Part shown: piece after piece, positions 35,147-49,325 of the stretch | Layout: every line of letters starts with the position of its first letter | How positions within the stretch are numbered: the first letter of the stretch is position 1 | Assembly: GCA_965235115.1 (NCBI GenBank) | Contig: OZ249436.1 | Location: 11,162,001-11,226,000 of the forward strand | Length of the DNA stretch: 64,000 bases | Direction: 5' to 3' | Source of the DNA: Laetmonice hystrix | Taxonomy: Eukaryota | The notes under the pieces: model-generated | The model's database searches: none | The model's input: only the letters and a program-made list of their open reading frames with translations | Told to the model about the DNA's origin: nothing | Made by a program: the position numbers and the translations under genes

Positions 35147-36350
35147 TGAAAGGGATACAGTTGTTTATGGCACCTAGTGAGGACGAACTGTATTACTCGG
35201 TGAAAGGGATACAGTTGTTTATGGTACCACGTCTATGATGGTATCTAGTGAAGACCAACTGACTCATTGAAAGGGATACAGTTGTTTATGGTACCACGTC
35301 TATGATGGTATCTAGTGAGGACCAACTGACTCATTGAAAGGGATACAGTTGTTTATGGTACCACGTCTATGATGGTACCTAGTGAAGACCAACTGACTCA
35401 TTGAAAGGGATACAGTTGTTTATGGTACCACGTCTATGATGGGATATATCTAGTGAAGACCAACTGACTCATTGAAAGGGATACAGTTGTTTATGGTACC
35501 ACGTCTATGATGGGATATATCTAGTGAAGACCAACTGACTCATTGAAAGGGATACAGTTGTTTATGGTACCACGTCTATGATGGGATATATCTAGTGAAG
35601 ACCAACTGACTCATTGAAAGGGATACAGTTGTTTATGGTACCTAGTGAGGAGGAACTGTATTACTCATTGAAAGGGATACAGTTGTTTATGGTACCACGT
35701 CTATGATGGTATCTAGTGAAGACCAACTGACTCATTGAAAGGGATACAGTTGTTTATGGTACTACGTCTATGATGGTATCTAGTGAAGACCAACTGACTC
35801 ATTGAAAGGGATACAGTTGTTTATGGTACCACGTCTATGATGGTACCTAGTGAGGACCAACTGACTCATTGAAAGGGATACAGTTGTTTATGGTACCACG
35901 TCTATGATGGTATCTAGTGAGGACCAACTGACTCATTGAAAGGGATACAGTTGTTTATGGTACCACGTCTATGATGGTATCTAGTGAGGGCGAACTGACT
36001 CATTGAAAGGGATACAGTTGTTTATGGTACTACGTCTATGATGGTATCTAGTGAAGACCAACTGACTCATTGAAAGGGATACAGTTGTTTATGGTACCAC
36101 GTCTATGATGGTATCTAGTGAGGACCAACTGACTCATTGAAAGGGATACAGTTGTTTATGGTACCACGTCTATGATGGTATCTAGTGAAGACCAACTGAC
36201 TCATTGAAAGGGATACAGTTGTTTATGGTACCACGTCTATGATGGTATCTAGTGAAGACCAACTGACTCATTGAAAGGGATACAGTTGTTTATGGTACCA
36301 GTCCACGTCTATGATGGTACCTATTGAGGACGAACTGTATTACTCGTTGA
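35147..36350. repeat. ~67-bp minisatellite, ~18 copies
   Basis: Unit tgaaagggatacagttgtttatggtaccacgtctatgatggtatctagtgaagaccaactgactcat. Confidence 0.96.
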
Positions 36351-38284
36351 AACACAAAATTAGCAAGCTTCGAAGGACTATATTTCATGCGCATGCCTAT
36401 CGTCTCTTCCACGGTACGTAAGTAAGGTCTAGTCTTGGGGGAAATGGGATAACTGATTACAAGCAATCCTTGTGCTTAGTTTATTTTAGGGTTACCGAGG
36501 ACCGGAAGGAAGTTGGAGATTCTGTTTCCTGGAAAACGTAATTCGGCAAATTTTCGCGTCTGGAAATTTTATAGACGCGCAGCTTATTTCACCACAGTTC
36601 AGTTTCCTAAACGGATAAAGCTGACGTCGTTTTTCTACACATTCCAAGGGAAAGGCGAATTGGCATAACAAGGATTGCGCAAGATGAAGAGAATATAAGA
36701 ATTTAATTTTAAGTGTGGGAAGCTTTTTATCAGTTGCATGTCCAAAGGCCATTCGCCCTGCACCAATGACGAAGGGGGTCGTTTGGGGCCTATCGTGTGA
36801 GAAGAGGTTCAAGTTGAGGCCAAAGGTTGGTACTTAGATACATGTCCTTAAATCAAGGATTACTCACACGGTTTGGTGGATCTGATTAGCACATATCGTG
36901 CAGCTGCAGTAACTGTCAGAACCTCGAAACGCAAAGCCATCTCGAGTCGCTTGGTGGTCCTCAGGGGTGGCTTCCCGTTCATGTGGACACATGCGCTCAA
37001 ACTCATAATGCGACCGCTCCACTATTAGTTCTAAGACCGCCATGGCCCCGGTCCATTGGGGATCCGCCCTCGGAACCTTTTTTAAGTTGGCAGGAGTGCC
37101 GTGGGAGAACGCATACCTAGCGGAATTAAACAGATTTGTGTGTGATTTCGGAAGCCTCCAGCTGAGCCGCCAGACTGATGTTATTCCAAGATATTTCCAT
37201 CGGTACTTTGCTTATCTCATTTTACATGGCGTATCCAGAATTTTAAAATAGGGAAGTCATAGAGTTCGAACCCCGATCACGCCTGCATGCTATAACCTAT
37301 ATGGCCATCATATTTTCCGAGAGAGAGACAGAGACAGAGCGAGGGAGGGAGAGAATTCTTTCATCTGATGGTTCGAACCCGCTTTGCAGGACAAGTCATA
37401 AGGAACCCCTTACATGCATGTGTGCATGCCTTGGCAATATTTGGGACCGGATACGGGGATGTTCCCGTGGCCGATGTTCACGTCTAGGTCGAGTGTAACG
37501 TATGACTTTTCTAACATCCCAGGATGTCTGACGTGGCAGAGATCATGTCATAATGCATTGGAACTAAGCATCCGGTCGACTGCCAGCAGATGGCCAACTA
37601 CTTCGTCAATTTGTAGCCATTACCAGTCATCCGTAAGTACATACCTCACCCTCTCTATGCACCTCCACATGAGAATACATCCATTTAATCCATTATTATA
37701 TTAAAATACGTGGATAAAAACAAACTAGGTTGTACAAGCAGCCAGAGTGCCGTGCGTCAGTCAAGTGTAGACATAGTTATGTAAAACATACGAGTATGTT
37801 AAACTAAAAAAAAGAGTTTTTGCATAGAAAATTGTTTTGAGATTCGGGTTGCTGGGAATGGTTTGACATCTGACATTAGTAATTATCTGTTCCAATTTCC
37901 ATGTCTGTGTCATCCTTCTCTGTAACACTATATCGCACATTATACGTTGGGATCCAGTCATCCGTGACCGGCCGACGGAAGTCACGTCAACATCTCCGCT
38001 CTCAGAATGTTTACCTCACACGTCCCATCTCGTAAATCGTCTTGGTAACGTCACGTTCAGACAGGTTAGACCGGATTCCTAATCCGAACCATCTATTATC
38101 GCTCTGCCGTTTACACACAGCCATCCTGTCCTCGCCAAGGACTGTACATGTACAACTCACTGCCTGTTTAAAGGTCTGCCAGCACATACCTAACTCACCC
38201 GGCGCTGTAACGGGGGGTGGTACTACATCGGAACCCGGGTAAAATCAAATTTGAGGGCAAGAGCCCGGCACTTTACTTCGACCC

Positions 38285-38887
38285 GGTGTAACGTTTTGAA
38301 ATTCCCCCTCCCGAATTCCCCCCCCCCCCCCGGGAATTTGAAAACGTTTTCAAATTCCCTCCTAGGAATTTGAAATCGTTTTCAAATTCCCGGGGAGGAA
38401 TTTGAAAAACGTTTTCAGATTCATCCCCCCATTTTCAAATTCCCCCCTAGGATTCTGAAAATGTTTTCATTTTCCCCCACGAGAACGTGAAAAACGTTAA
38501 TAGGCCTACGCGTTCCCTTGGGAAAGGGTTAGGGCTAGGGTTAGGGTTTGGGTTAGGGTTAGGGTTAGGTTAGGGTGAAAATGAACGGTCAGTAAAATGA
38601 ATGGAGAGAAACAAGCTGGCAAAAGATATCTAGGCCTAGGACCTACCCCCTAGATGTGGTGAAGTAAGAAGGGCAAAAAGGATCAACATTTAAAATTAGT
38701 CATAAAATAATAAGGTAGGCCTATATTTCATTTATAAACGTAAAACGTTTTCAAGTCCCTGGGGGAGGGAAAGTTAAATCGCGGGAGGGAATTTGAAAAC
38801 GTTTTCAAGTTCCCGGGGGAGGAATTTGAAAACGTTTTCAAGTTCCCGGGGGGAACTTGAATGAGGGGGGAACTTGAAATCGTGACC
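38285..38887. mobile_element. Foldback/MITE-like element with palindromic subrepeats and an internal (TTAGGG)n tract
   Basis: GAATTTGAAAACGTTTTCAA(A/G)TTC palindromes repeated in both arms, loosely inverted ends, telomere-type tract at 38525-38576. Confidence 0.65.
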
Positions 38888-39475
38888 TGTTCTGGTTGTT
38901 CTGTTCTGCTTGAGGCCCTGAGGGTGTTCAATGGGTTATATGATACGATCTCCTGCCTTTATAAAGTCTGAACACAACATAGGATTTCTCGTCCGACAGG
39001 AGGTAAAACATTAGAATGCATGTCCTCCACCACAATCTTCATGGAGTTTACTGTTTTCATCCAAGGACTTGTAAGGCGTTCTTGCTGCCCATGACTGTGC
39101 AAAAGGTTCTAATTAAGCAGTGCTGCTTACTTTACAGTGGACACGATTCGACGGCCGTTCCGATCGCCCATCCTCATTAAGACTACACAAGCCGACCGGC
39201 CATACCTTATTTACCATTGGGTAGTGACGTACCATTGAACACTGAGCAGCACTAACCGTGCGTGCTTTGACTCTACACCATGGTCGGAGTGTGACCCGAC
39301 TTCTATTATCGCTCAACCCTAGACTATCACCTTCTCGAGCGTTCATATTATACAGCGAGTTTTTTCAAATTATCATGACAGCTAGTGCAAGAAGATATAG
39401 GCCTATGTGATTCTTCCAATGCCTGAAAGTTTGATACAGAAACCAACCAATCTTAGAGGGCGTCTAGTCTGGAGG

Positions 39476-40745
39476 GACTGAGCATGCGCCCCGGACTCGT
39501 CCCCTCACCCGTGAGGAGCGGTGGTCCTTTTTGTCCTTCCTCGTACTACCACAAAGCCCTATTTTACCTAACCTAGACGGAAACCATCGATAGTCATGGG
39601 CAATCGCTAGAAATTAAGCCTACTGACATTAGCGTGTACATCAGGGTGTGGGGCTTACACGGATTTGGGCCGCCGTGGCGTGGGTTTTGGCCGCCTGCAT
39701 TCAATTCATATCTACGCTCAGAGGGGTGATGTTGACGGAGCTCAGCCCGGCTGCCCCCCCCCCCCCCCCCACCCCACCCTCAGTACGAACGGGCCCTGAG
39801 TTCCGGGCAGTGAGCAGACCTGTTGCGTTTAGTTAGCCTTTTCAAAAAGGGTTGGGGTTAGCCCGGTTAGGGTTAGGAAATAGTGGTAGAGTTATATTAC
39901 AAAGACAGTTCTTTGACTGTTTGGGGGAATTTAGTCGACATCGATTTACCCCAATGGCGATGAGTATGAGTGGTAGGCCTACTGACAGCCGAAAGGCTGT
40001 AGTCACCCGTCAACACCCGGGACACCCAGGCCCACCCACACCATCGGCCGACCCCCTGCCTGTGTGCTAGTCTTAGGCCTACTTATCCAGCCTCTCGTGG
40101 GACTCCGCCCCCCCCTCGCCCACCCGCCCTGGCCGCCTCTATAACTCTAGCCTGTATACATAAGCCTACCGACAACCCCATCCTGGATTGTTTCAGGACA
40201 GGCACGGCGGAAGCAATTTCGGATCCCAGCATTTAATGGCGAGGGTCTAGGGGCCGCCTAGGCCCCGGAAGCCCCGGGGATAAAAGACACTAGAAGACGC
40301 ATTCTGGCTTATTTTAGGTATCAAACTCTAACTTAAAATGACCAAAAATAGATAAGGTTTTCTCATTTCCGTATTCATTTTCGACTTTTTGTTCAGAAAA
40401 TGAAATTATGGGGGGAGGGGGGCTATAGCCCCAGCCCCCCCTGCTCCGCCATGCCTGCAGCATTGGTCCCCTCGTTTGCTGGCAACAGCATGCGCATGCT
40501 CCAATAGACTGGAACTTTAATGGCACTGTGACGTCAACGGACTTCCGGACAGTACCAGAATGGCTGTGCTGCTGAAGGCAGTGTTTTTGACAGAAATGTA
40601 ATGTTTGACATATGACTTCTTGGAATGGGGGGACATTTATTTCCAACCACTACTGTGAAATGTGAGTATACATGGAGGCCTTGGGGTGGTCCAAATTTGA
40701 TTTTCGACAATCCTTTGCCTTTAATTATGATTGGTTATATATAAA
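39476..40745 (+). mobile_element. Diverged dispersed repeat, copy 1 (unclassified)
   Basis: Blocks 39581-39833 and 40609-40745 are colinear with 44368-44616 and 44777-44905. Confidence 0.6.
40199..40457. mobile_element. MITE with CAGGC termini nested in the dispersed repeat
   Basis: caggcacggcggaagc ... gctccgccatgcctg; G/C-rich subterminal tract. Confidence 0.65.
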
Positions 40746-41582
40746 TGACGGTGTCCCATGGATACCGACATTCCGCCAGTTAACACCAGCCTCGACTCCA
40801 AGAAATATCCGAGTGTAGAGTTCAATATCTATTAATTTGATCTATTAGTATCTATATATATAGGCCTGATAGTCCTGACACGTAAATAAGTGAGCGAATG
40901 TGACTATTTTACACGACAAAGTGCATGATCCGAAGGCCGTAACTTACAAGTCTGCAGGGGGTTGGTCGAAAATCATTTCCATCCTTCTAACTGTGATACG
41001 CGTTTCTTTTCTGTAAAATCATGAGATTACGTGGCAGCGTTTGTGTTTCGAACGTACACATTTCTGCCTTAAGCACTGATCCCGGGCATGTGAACAAACA
41101 TCATTTTCAATCTGTCGGATGGTGCCTCAAATGGATCCAGGCATTTGGAAATTGCTCACTGGATTATTGGTAGTTTTCTCCCTCTCCAAGGGTAATATGA
41201 GAGCTGCTATACCGTGAGGGGATAGTATTAATGTATTTATAAGTGCACCATTGTGTCACCATTAATGTAATTCAGTATTTTTGTTTTTGACAGGAAGCTA
41301 ATAGTTTTATGCCCTTACAAAAGCTTCATCGAGTTTAAGGTTCGAGAGCCATATCTCACGTATCCAAGCGCATCAGTTGTATTGTAAACATTAATGTAAT
41401 GTAAACTATAATGTAGAACCCCAGGTACAGGTATGACTGAAATAGGCCTACTGTCGACAGGGCGTAAAACCTCCAATTTACATTCCTGAAATAAGATGCT
41501 GCAGCCCGACTTATTTATAGGCCTAAGTAGGGCCTCTTGAACTATTTCGGCTTTCTTTCTTTCTCCGTCTCGCATGCATGTC

Positions 41583-41586
<4 letters not shown>

Positions 41587-41630
<44 letters not shown>

Positions 41631-41645
41631 ACACACACACACACA
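41587..41645. repeat. (CT)n(CA)n compound microsatellite
   Basis: Read directly from the sequence. Confidence 0.95.
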
Positions 41646-44236
41646 GACCACATTATTATTACATTGTATGTTGAAATGGCGATGCACCATTTTTGGTCAA
41701 TCGTACCGTAATATTTCCTTCAAGTGCCATCGATGTAGAAGCCGAGGGGGATACGATTCTATAATGACCAAGGCATCCTTGGCCAGCACGGCTTGCGGGA
41801 CATGTTCAACATTGAGCGACACCTCTGGGTGTCCCGAGTGGTGAGGAGATATCGGTCGGCAAAATGATGGATCCTCAGACAGCAGCAGGCTGGGTCTCAG
41901 CTCAGGTCGGGTCATTCAACGAAACCAACCACACACGTAACGGCCCCGCTGGGCGAAACACCCGGCCAACCGACAACCTCAGCAAACTATTTATAGCAAC
42001 CTCTCCTACTGTCTTAATACTGTCATAATCTACGTACATAATCATACTAAGATAACATCATGTACATGCACAATAGCCAATATTAATAACATAAATGGCA
42101 TTGGAGACTTTAGAATGCCCCGAGACATCATTATGTGTAGGCGTATTTCAGCTTCACAATATTGGAAATTTTACACAATGTCATGTAGAATTTTGATGGC
42201 ATCGTCATTGGGGTTGGTCAGGTGCATGTCGAGAGGACAGCTTCACGAAACCACTCGACGTAGCCATTATCTTTTTCTAGGCTCTCTCAAACTGGCTAGT
42301 CAGGTAAACGTTAAAGTTTTACACGTCCATGTCGCCCTAACCTTGCCCGTTAAGTATTCCGCCGCCGAGAGCGTCAACCTAACACTCAAGGGGATGTCCG
42401 GAATCAATACTTGAATGAGTTTCGCAGGATAACCAGTTTCTCTCCCTGCCGTGTATGTACACACAGCGTTATCATTGCACCTGCTCTCCTCCCCGGAGGT
42501 TACGGCCGTGACCCTAGAACCATTAGGACAAAGGAAAACCATTGGTCTTACAACTGACCCCGACTGCCTTAGCTTCACTCTGAAACGGTCTACCCCTCCG
42601 AAACCCCGACTCCCTTAGCTTCACTCTGAAACGGTCTACCCCTCCGAAAGCGAGGCCATCGGGTCCACAAGGACGGCCCGTCTCCAGGGCGGTGCGAAAG
42701 GCGGTTTCCTTGGCACATCAGGCGCTTATACATTAACAGCTGCTATTTTGTGGCACCCTCGAGACACACTTTCCTTCATCTGCTACACTAACATTTTTTC
42801 AAAGTACATTAGGGCCGGAATGTTACGTCCAGTTTTCTGAAAGACGTCCAGATGTTAAGTACCATTGCGAGTAGAGAAAAATGGAAACCCAAGGCCCCGA
42901 TTGCTCCCTGACTAGACCAGAGAAGGGATCATGGAGGTAGTCGGAGGGCTTTAACGGGTCTACGCTCATGAAGCTGCTCCGCGATGAGCCTGTTAGAACA
43001 AGTCCCTGGGGTGAATAGTGAAAGGGAGAGTACGTCTCTCTCTTGACCTGGTTCCTAATGGCAAAGGAATAACGTATGAGGGAGGCGATGGAGGTGAAGA
43101 AAATAATTGGAAAAGGACACCGAACCGGCTTAATGATGTTAAGTCAGAGGCATTTCTGCCGATAGCACTCAGTAGGGAGAAACATTTGGGGGGAAAAGTC
43201 ATCTTTGAGATGAAGAAGCTATATTTGTAAGAATGTGATTAACCTTCGCACAGAAAAAGGGTACAGGGATGCTCCTTTCCCAAGTCAGATCGAGGCTAAA
43301 CGACATCTCAAAATATAAGAAGTACTCATGCCCGTCCGGGGGGGGGGGGGGGGTACGGTCGCACCTCCTCCCTTATTTTTATAGAGTTTCAAATTTACCC
43401 CAATTTCTCTGTATATCACAATTAGGAGCATACGAAACACATTCACGGCCACGTTTGCACGCACACATTCCAAGTCATGCCCCCCCCCCTTTTTGAAAAG
43501 TGTCGTACGGGCCTGTTCTATATTTCCCAAAGAAAGTCACTTAAAGGTTTCACGAGTTTCAAATAATAAGTCGTGTTTTAGCAAAAATATGTCTGCATTG
43601 CGGTTCTCCGATATGCACCAAAGGTCCCTTACCTGTTTATGTAGCTTTGGCTAGTATTTTGTAAAAAAAATCGCCAATTCTTAATTCAGTCACTGAAAAT
43701 GACACACTTAGATTCGGAGACCCCGGCATTTGCAGCCGGCTGTATTTTGCACCCTTTTCACACGATCGGCGGATGGGCCATTATAGTCCCACTATCATTT
43801 TATAAATTTGTTATTTACTTATTTATTTATTTATTTGTTATTTACTTAGATGGCGGAATTACCGCACTTTGCGGACACTGCAGCTAGTTTTATTCATTTT
43901 TCCACATTAGGGAGAATTTCACAGCTGTCTACACGTAGTATGTGTTAACAGAATCAATATGAAAAACAATCAGTGTCATAAAGTACGTCAGTGGTGAGCA
44001 GGTAAGCAAAAAACTGAAGATTTCGGTCGATACCCCCGTGACCTTTAAAAGAAACGTCCACCGCCAGTGTGTACAGACCAGGCACACAGGCCGTGATATT
44101 CTAAGCAATTTAAAAAAGATTTGAACACAATTGGTGCTCAAATAGTTAAGGTATAAGCACTTTAGTGCTGGAGCCTGCTTAGAGCCCGCTCCGCTGGTGT
44201 TGGCGGCCATAGCCTCCGCTCCTTGGGCTAATCTCA

Positions 44237-44905
44237 GACTGCGCATGCTCCGACCACTGCTCTCCAGTTTGGGAGGAACGAAAAACTGACGCACCTGTTG
44301 CGTTGAGCGATTCGAAAGGTAGCGAACGTTGACAGCTTATAAGCAAAATTTGTTAGAACATCGCCGAAAACCATCGATCATAGTGATGAGGAATGGCTAG
44401 GAATTAAGCCTACCGATGTCAGGGGATATATCAGGGTGGACACGGATCTGGGCAGCCGTGGGTTTCGGCCGCCTGCATTCAATTCGCCCCGCTCGGAGGT
44501 GTGATGTTGACGGAGCTCAGGGCCACTGGGCCGGGGGCCGGGCCCTGACTCCGACCGCGGGCGGGTGCTGGCAGTGTCAGACTCCTGTGATCAGCACAGA
44601 CCTGTTGCGTTTAGTTGTGACTGTGACTGTGGGACTGACCCGCCTCGGCTGCCTTTACTTTAGTCTAGTCCAGCCTAGCCCCGGCATGCAATAGATGGGC
44701 ACAAGAACGTCACTTACTTCCGGCCAAATGGCTGCGCCGTTGAAGCTAGTGATTTTGACACGGTTATCATGTTCAACATATGACTTCTTGGAATGGGGGG
44801 ACATTTATTACCAACCACTACTCTGAAAGGTGAGTGTATATAGAGGCCTTGCAGCTGTCCAAATGTGAGTTTTGACTGGACTTCTCCTTTAAGTGATATA
44901 AATGC
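44237..44905 (+). mobile_element. Diverged dispersed repeat, copy 2 (unclassified)
   Basis: Shares ggccgcctgcattcaattc, cagacctgttgcgtttagtt and catatgacttcttggaatggggg...acatttatt with copy 1. Confidence 0.6.
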
Positions 44906-47445
44906 TGGAATATTCCCGTTGAAGCGTAACACTCTCAGAAGTTGACACCTATACGTGTACAGAAGATGTCTGTGTCTACGATACTTCAATAAGGGTTTTA
45001 CCTATTATACGCTATTGCGTATTCTCCCTTTTAACTTTCGAGAAAAATGCAAATGCTTCAGAACAACGTGTCTATAGAGAGTTGTGTGATAGGCAGTTTG
45101 ATAAGCGATGAGTGTTGTGAATATACTCAGAACATGGCCGGTCACCTTTCGCAGCCGAGGCAATATTTCAGTCCACTCCGTGGGTGTTTCCTTCAATGTG
45201 AAGTAAAGATAATTTGGACAAACATCTGCAAGGTTCCTATCGAGCACTAAGGAGCATGAGCGGACTACTACTACCTTATCTCGTCCTCAGAGATATTAGA
45301 CATCGTGAGGTCAGTAAGTCTGAATTAAGATTGGCCTATTTCATTTGGTGATGCCGATGGGCATAGAGGGGCTCCGCGTATCTTCGCGACGAAACCATTT
45401 TGTATACCATAAAATTTCTGTGGATCATTCTTAGAATATGTTCAGAATATTGGACGAGGCACACCAGAATTGCTTGCTTTTCTAAAGTTAAAAGCAGAAG
45501 ACCAGTTTGCGTGTACGCCCTCCGTCGTATCACAGGGACATGCCCGCAGTCAGAATGACCTTTCAGCTGTAGCCAGGAAAAAAACCCAACAACCAGTCGT
45601 TCATTACAAAGGAAGGAACGGGCGGCGGTTAAACTGTGTGGCAGGTCATGTTGTGTTAAAAAATGTATTACTCAGAAAGAGGTTTGAATCGATTCGAATG
45701 CCGACAGTTTGATGGAGGATGGAGCTTCAGTCGCCATGAGATTAGATTAGAATGACCAAATTAAACTTCCGACGCCGTCCATTGTGGTACCTTTCTATAG
45801 ACCTACAACGGATTCAACGTTCTATAGATTTAGCTAGCGCTGCCAATACCATATAGGCTCTTTACAGATCAGCTAATTACTACTTCAATCTGTTCAATCC
45901 TGCCAGGACGATTGGTGACAGTCTCATGATTAGTGATTAGATCTTTGCACAAGAAATACAGTGTAGATCACGCATTTGTAACGCTCAGCGGAGCCAGTAA
46001 ATGCCCATTCCTGCTACCCGCTTCCGTTTACGGTTCAGGCTTGAAGAATCGTACCCAGTAGGGGCCTACTCGATTCGGCTTGAGTCAAGATATGGCCGTG
46101 ACGTCATGACTAACCGGGCGATAATGAGGGTTAATATAACAATGCCCTCCAGAAAGAATAGAACGGACACCTTTTCTTACCTATTTGATGACGTCACAGC
46201 CATTCCCTGACTCAGTTGAACCCTCGTTTCCATCGACACCTTTTTTTTTACCTATTTGATGACGTCACAGCCATTCCCTGACTCAGTTAAACCCTCGTTT
46301 CCATGTGTGATTCCGTTTCTCCTGATTTGGCTTGATTAGGCAATTTCCCCTCAGCATGCCTTTTCGCCATATCATTCAGAGTGGGCACGTGAGAATCACA
46401 ATATACAACGGCCTATAGGCATAGATCTTCGCACCTCGCTCTCCCTGTTACGGCTTGGTAATGGATCAGGAGCAGATGGTGATTATTCACTATTATAACA
46501 TTAAACTACAAACATATTTGATTCGATACGGCTTAATGTCGTTTCCCCTATTGTTATAATGAGTACCCCTGTGACAAATGTTAATGCACTAAAATTGCTT
46601 CAATCCACGTGAAAGTACTGCAGCCTTTTATAACGAACGTTTGATCCCTGTTCTGTTGCGAACTGCCATTTTAACTAATCAAAGCCTTGGACGCTGAGGG
46701 GCCTGTCAGTCCGACATCACAGACAGAACAACTGACTGAAAGAACAATACATTGTACATATCCATGTATATATCAACGCGATTAGGGCTACAGGTGTTGT
46801 GAGCAAAAAAGGGACAATTCTTTTTGGAATATTTCATGCTTTGGGGACTTATAGGAGTCACATTATTTTATTTTTCTATGCTGCCATTAAAGGAGAATAA
46901 ACAAGATGCTTTAGCAAATAGTAGGAGAGACATTTCAGGTTGGCCTAGGACATACGTATTCTGGGCTTAGTGTAATAGTCGGGGGAGTATGCCAATAAAT
47001 TAAAGCTCCAGAAGCAAGTAGAACCTCTTCTTACAGTATTCACGAAATTGCCTTTTGTAAACATTTAAGTACAGGAGCAAAGACGTCAAGGCTTTACGTG
47101 CACAGATTGTCAGCGCAGAACACCAATGGATCGTGTGTCTACGTTTCCTATTACGTCCTGTCGCTGGTCATTTTCCTGTGAACGCATCGTGCAGATAATG
47201 ACATTTTGGTCCTCTTACCCCGGTAACACTGATACCTAAATGCAGCCTTACTGTCGGTTGCTATAACAACTTAAGATTGAAAAAACTGTTTTAGACCACC
47301 ATGTGATAATGACAGGTCTAGATCAAATTCGGAACCTCCTGACTCGTTCTAAGATGAACACAAATGCTCCTTAGTATCTCGTCCCCAGTCCACCGAACAC
47401 GGTAAAAACTCTTTACATATTTACATTTGTCAAGGTCATTAAAAA

Positions 47446-47802
47446 TTGATGATTTGAAATGGTCGTACGAAAAAGAATCATTGAATCTATTTATTAAATT
47501 TCATACTGCACAAAAGTCAAATATGTCTAGTTACTTTTGCAATAATTTTCACGTGAATGGATTCATTATTACCACCGCGAGAGCGTTTTGAAGCACCTGA
47601 ATTCAGAAAAACTAAGCTTTTCGTTCGCAAATTACGCCGGTAAATAATCTGAAATTTATAATACATGTTCCTGTGCTTCCATAGGCCCCATAGTTAACAT
47701 CGCGTCACCCTGAAACGTGTACAATCAAATCAGTCCGTATGAAACTCCCGTGCCATACGGACCACCGTATGGCACCCCCCCCCCTCTGAACGGCACTGGC
47801 AG
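47446..47802 (+). repeat. Dispersed repeat, left member of an inverted pair
   Basis: Reverse-complement match to 57819-58315. Confidence 0.8.
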
Positions 47803-48865
47803 ATGGAATGCGCATATAATAAAAGAAGTTATGGGATTTTTTTTCAATTTTATCGGCCATCTTGGATTTTTTGTAATGCCCAAGGGTGAGAGCTCCACAC
47901 CCACCAGGAAATCATTATACCCTTCCCAGTGATGAATAATCTGCAGAGAAGTCGGGCTTGGGCCAAAAATCAGGGTTCTGCTGCCGGACTAACAGATAGT
48001 GTTTTAATACTCTCCTGCCGGGTCTGTGTGGCCCGATCCTTTCGTCACGTTGTGATAGAGTAGTTTAACCTTCCGATTCTATTTTGGTGGATTGGCGTAA
48101 GGGATCTCTTTCTAACCCATTGTGTAATTTACAACAATAATTACTTTGTTGTAGTGAATTTTCTGGCGTTCCTCCGACAGCCTTTAGCACATTTGCTTAA
48201 GGAATATTTATTGTTTCAATCAAGAACATGATCCCTATAAAGATTACTGAAGTGTATATATCCTTTGATAATAATTCCTGAAACGTACGAAATGGCAGAA
48301 CAATAGTGAACTTAAGCTCAAATGGCTCAATTCAAACATAATTGAGAATGTCATGGAAGAGACTCAGAATTATTAAACAAATATGATTACATGAGGAGAA
48401 ATTGGTGAAAATGAAGTCTTTCATACAGTTTTAATTATATTATGTGAAACGCTATCATTTCGTGCCTATCAGAGTAGCTTCCCTCTTGTCTATCACCCAA
48501 ACTGTTTGTCTTTCAATCTGATATTCTATGTACACCGTACTAATCACAACCTCAAACTAGACATCATGATTGCAAGCAATACACTAATCCCATTTCCCCC
48601 GGACGTCATGAGGAAAACGCCAGGTGCCATTCGTATGCTATCAAGTAACTAAAGTGGCCCATAGCCTTACCACTCTGCCATCTTGGTTTTACTGTCAGTC
48701 CTGGAACCTTTGTCCCAAATCTCAGAAATGGTAATTGACTGAGGTCAAGTTATGGGAAAATTATCTCTGAAAACCATGTATGTCAAAATATTTCATAACT
48801 ATGATTTTGACAAGGCCTCATATCCTGCCGGGTGGTGTTTTGGTATTCAGAGTCTGAAAAATGAG

Positions 48866-48953
48866 AAAAAAAAATTCCCGTATTTGGTGGGATTCGAACC
48901 CAAGATCTCCGGCCCTTAGGTCGGGCATGCTACCAACTCAGCTATTGAGACTC
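48866..48953 (-). ncRNA. tRNA-derived Pol III-type cassette, copy 1 (not a canonical tRNA)
   Basis: A box TAGCTGAGTTGG, B box GGTTCGAATCC at tRNA-like spacing, T9 run downstream; acceptor and anticodon stems do not pair. Confidence 0.5.
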
Positions 48954-49239
48954 ACGCTTGTAGAGGTACCTAGGTCCTATTTGAAATAGGTGGATGACGT
49001 CATGACACAAAAGAGTGACGTCACAGAAAAAAGTTTGCATAAATCTAGCTCAGCATCCCATCCTCTTTAAGCCTATTAAGTTTCGTTAAGATCTGTTAAA
49101 AACTGCCAGAGATATGACCGATTTCTGGTAAACTTTATCTTTGAGAACCATGTATGTCAAAACATTTCATAACTATGACTGTGACAAGGCCTCATATCCT
49201 GCCTGGTGGTGTTTTGGTTTTCAGAGTGTGAAAAATGAG

Positions 49240-49325
49240 AAAAAAGTTTTTGTACTTGGTGGGATTCGAACCGATGATCTCCAGCCTTTAGGTCGGGCAT
49301 GCTACCCACTCAGCTATTGAGACTC
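49240..49325 (-). ncRNA. tRNA-derived Pol III-type cassette, copy 2 (not a canonical tRNA)
   Basis: A box TAGCTGAGTGGG, B box GGTTCGAATCC, T6 run downstream. Confidence 0.5.

Noticed and set aside
37260..37385. tRNA or SINE from isolated GTTCGAACCC motifs (also at ~7524)
   Set aside because: B-box-like words without a correctly spaced A box or cloverleaf.
41697..41915. Harbinger transposase remnant (GFYIDGT on the minus strand)
   Set aside because: Only a 4-residue motif match followed immediately by a stop; a profile search would be needed.
48866..49325. Functional tRNA genes
   Set aside because: A and B boxes are present, but the acceptor and anticodon stems do not pair.
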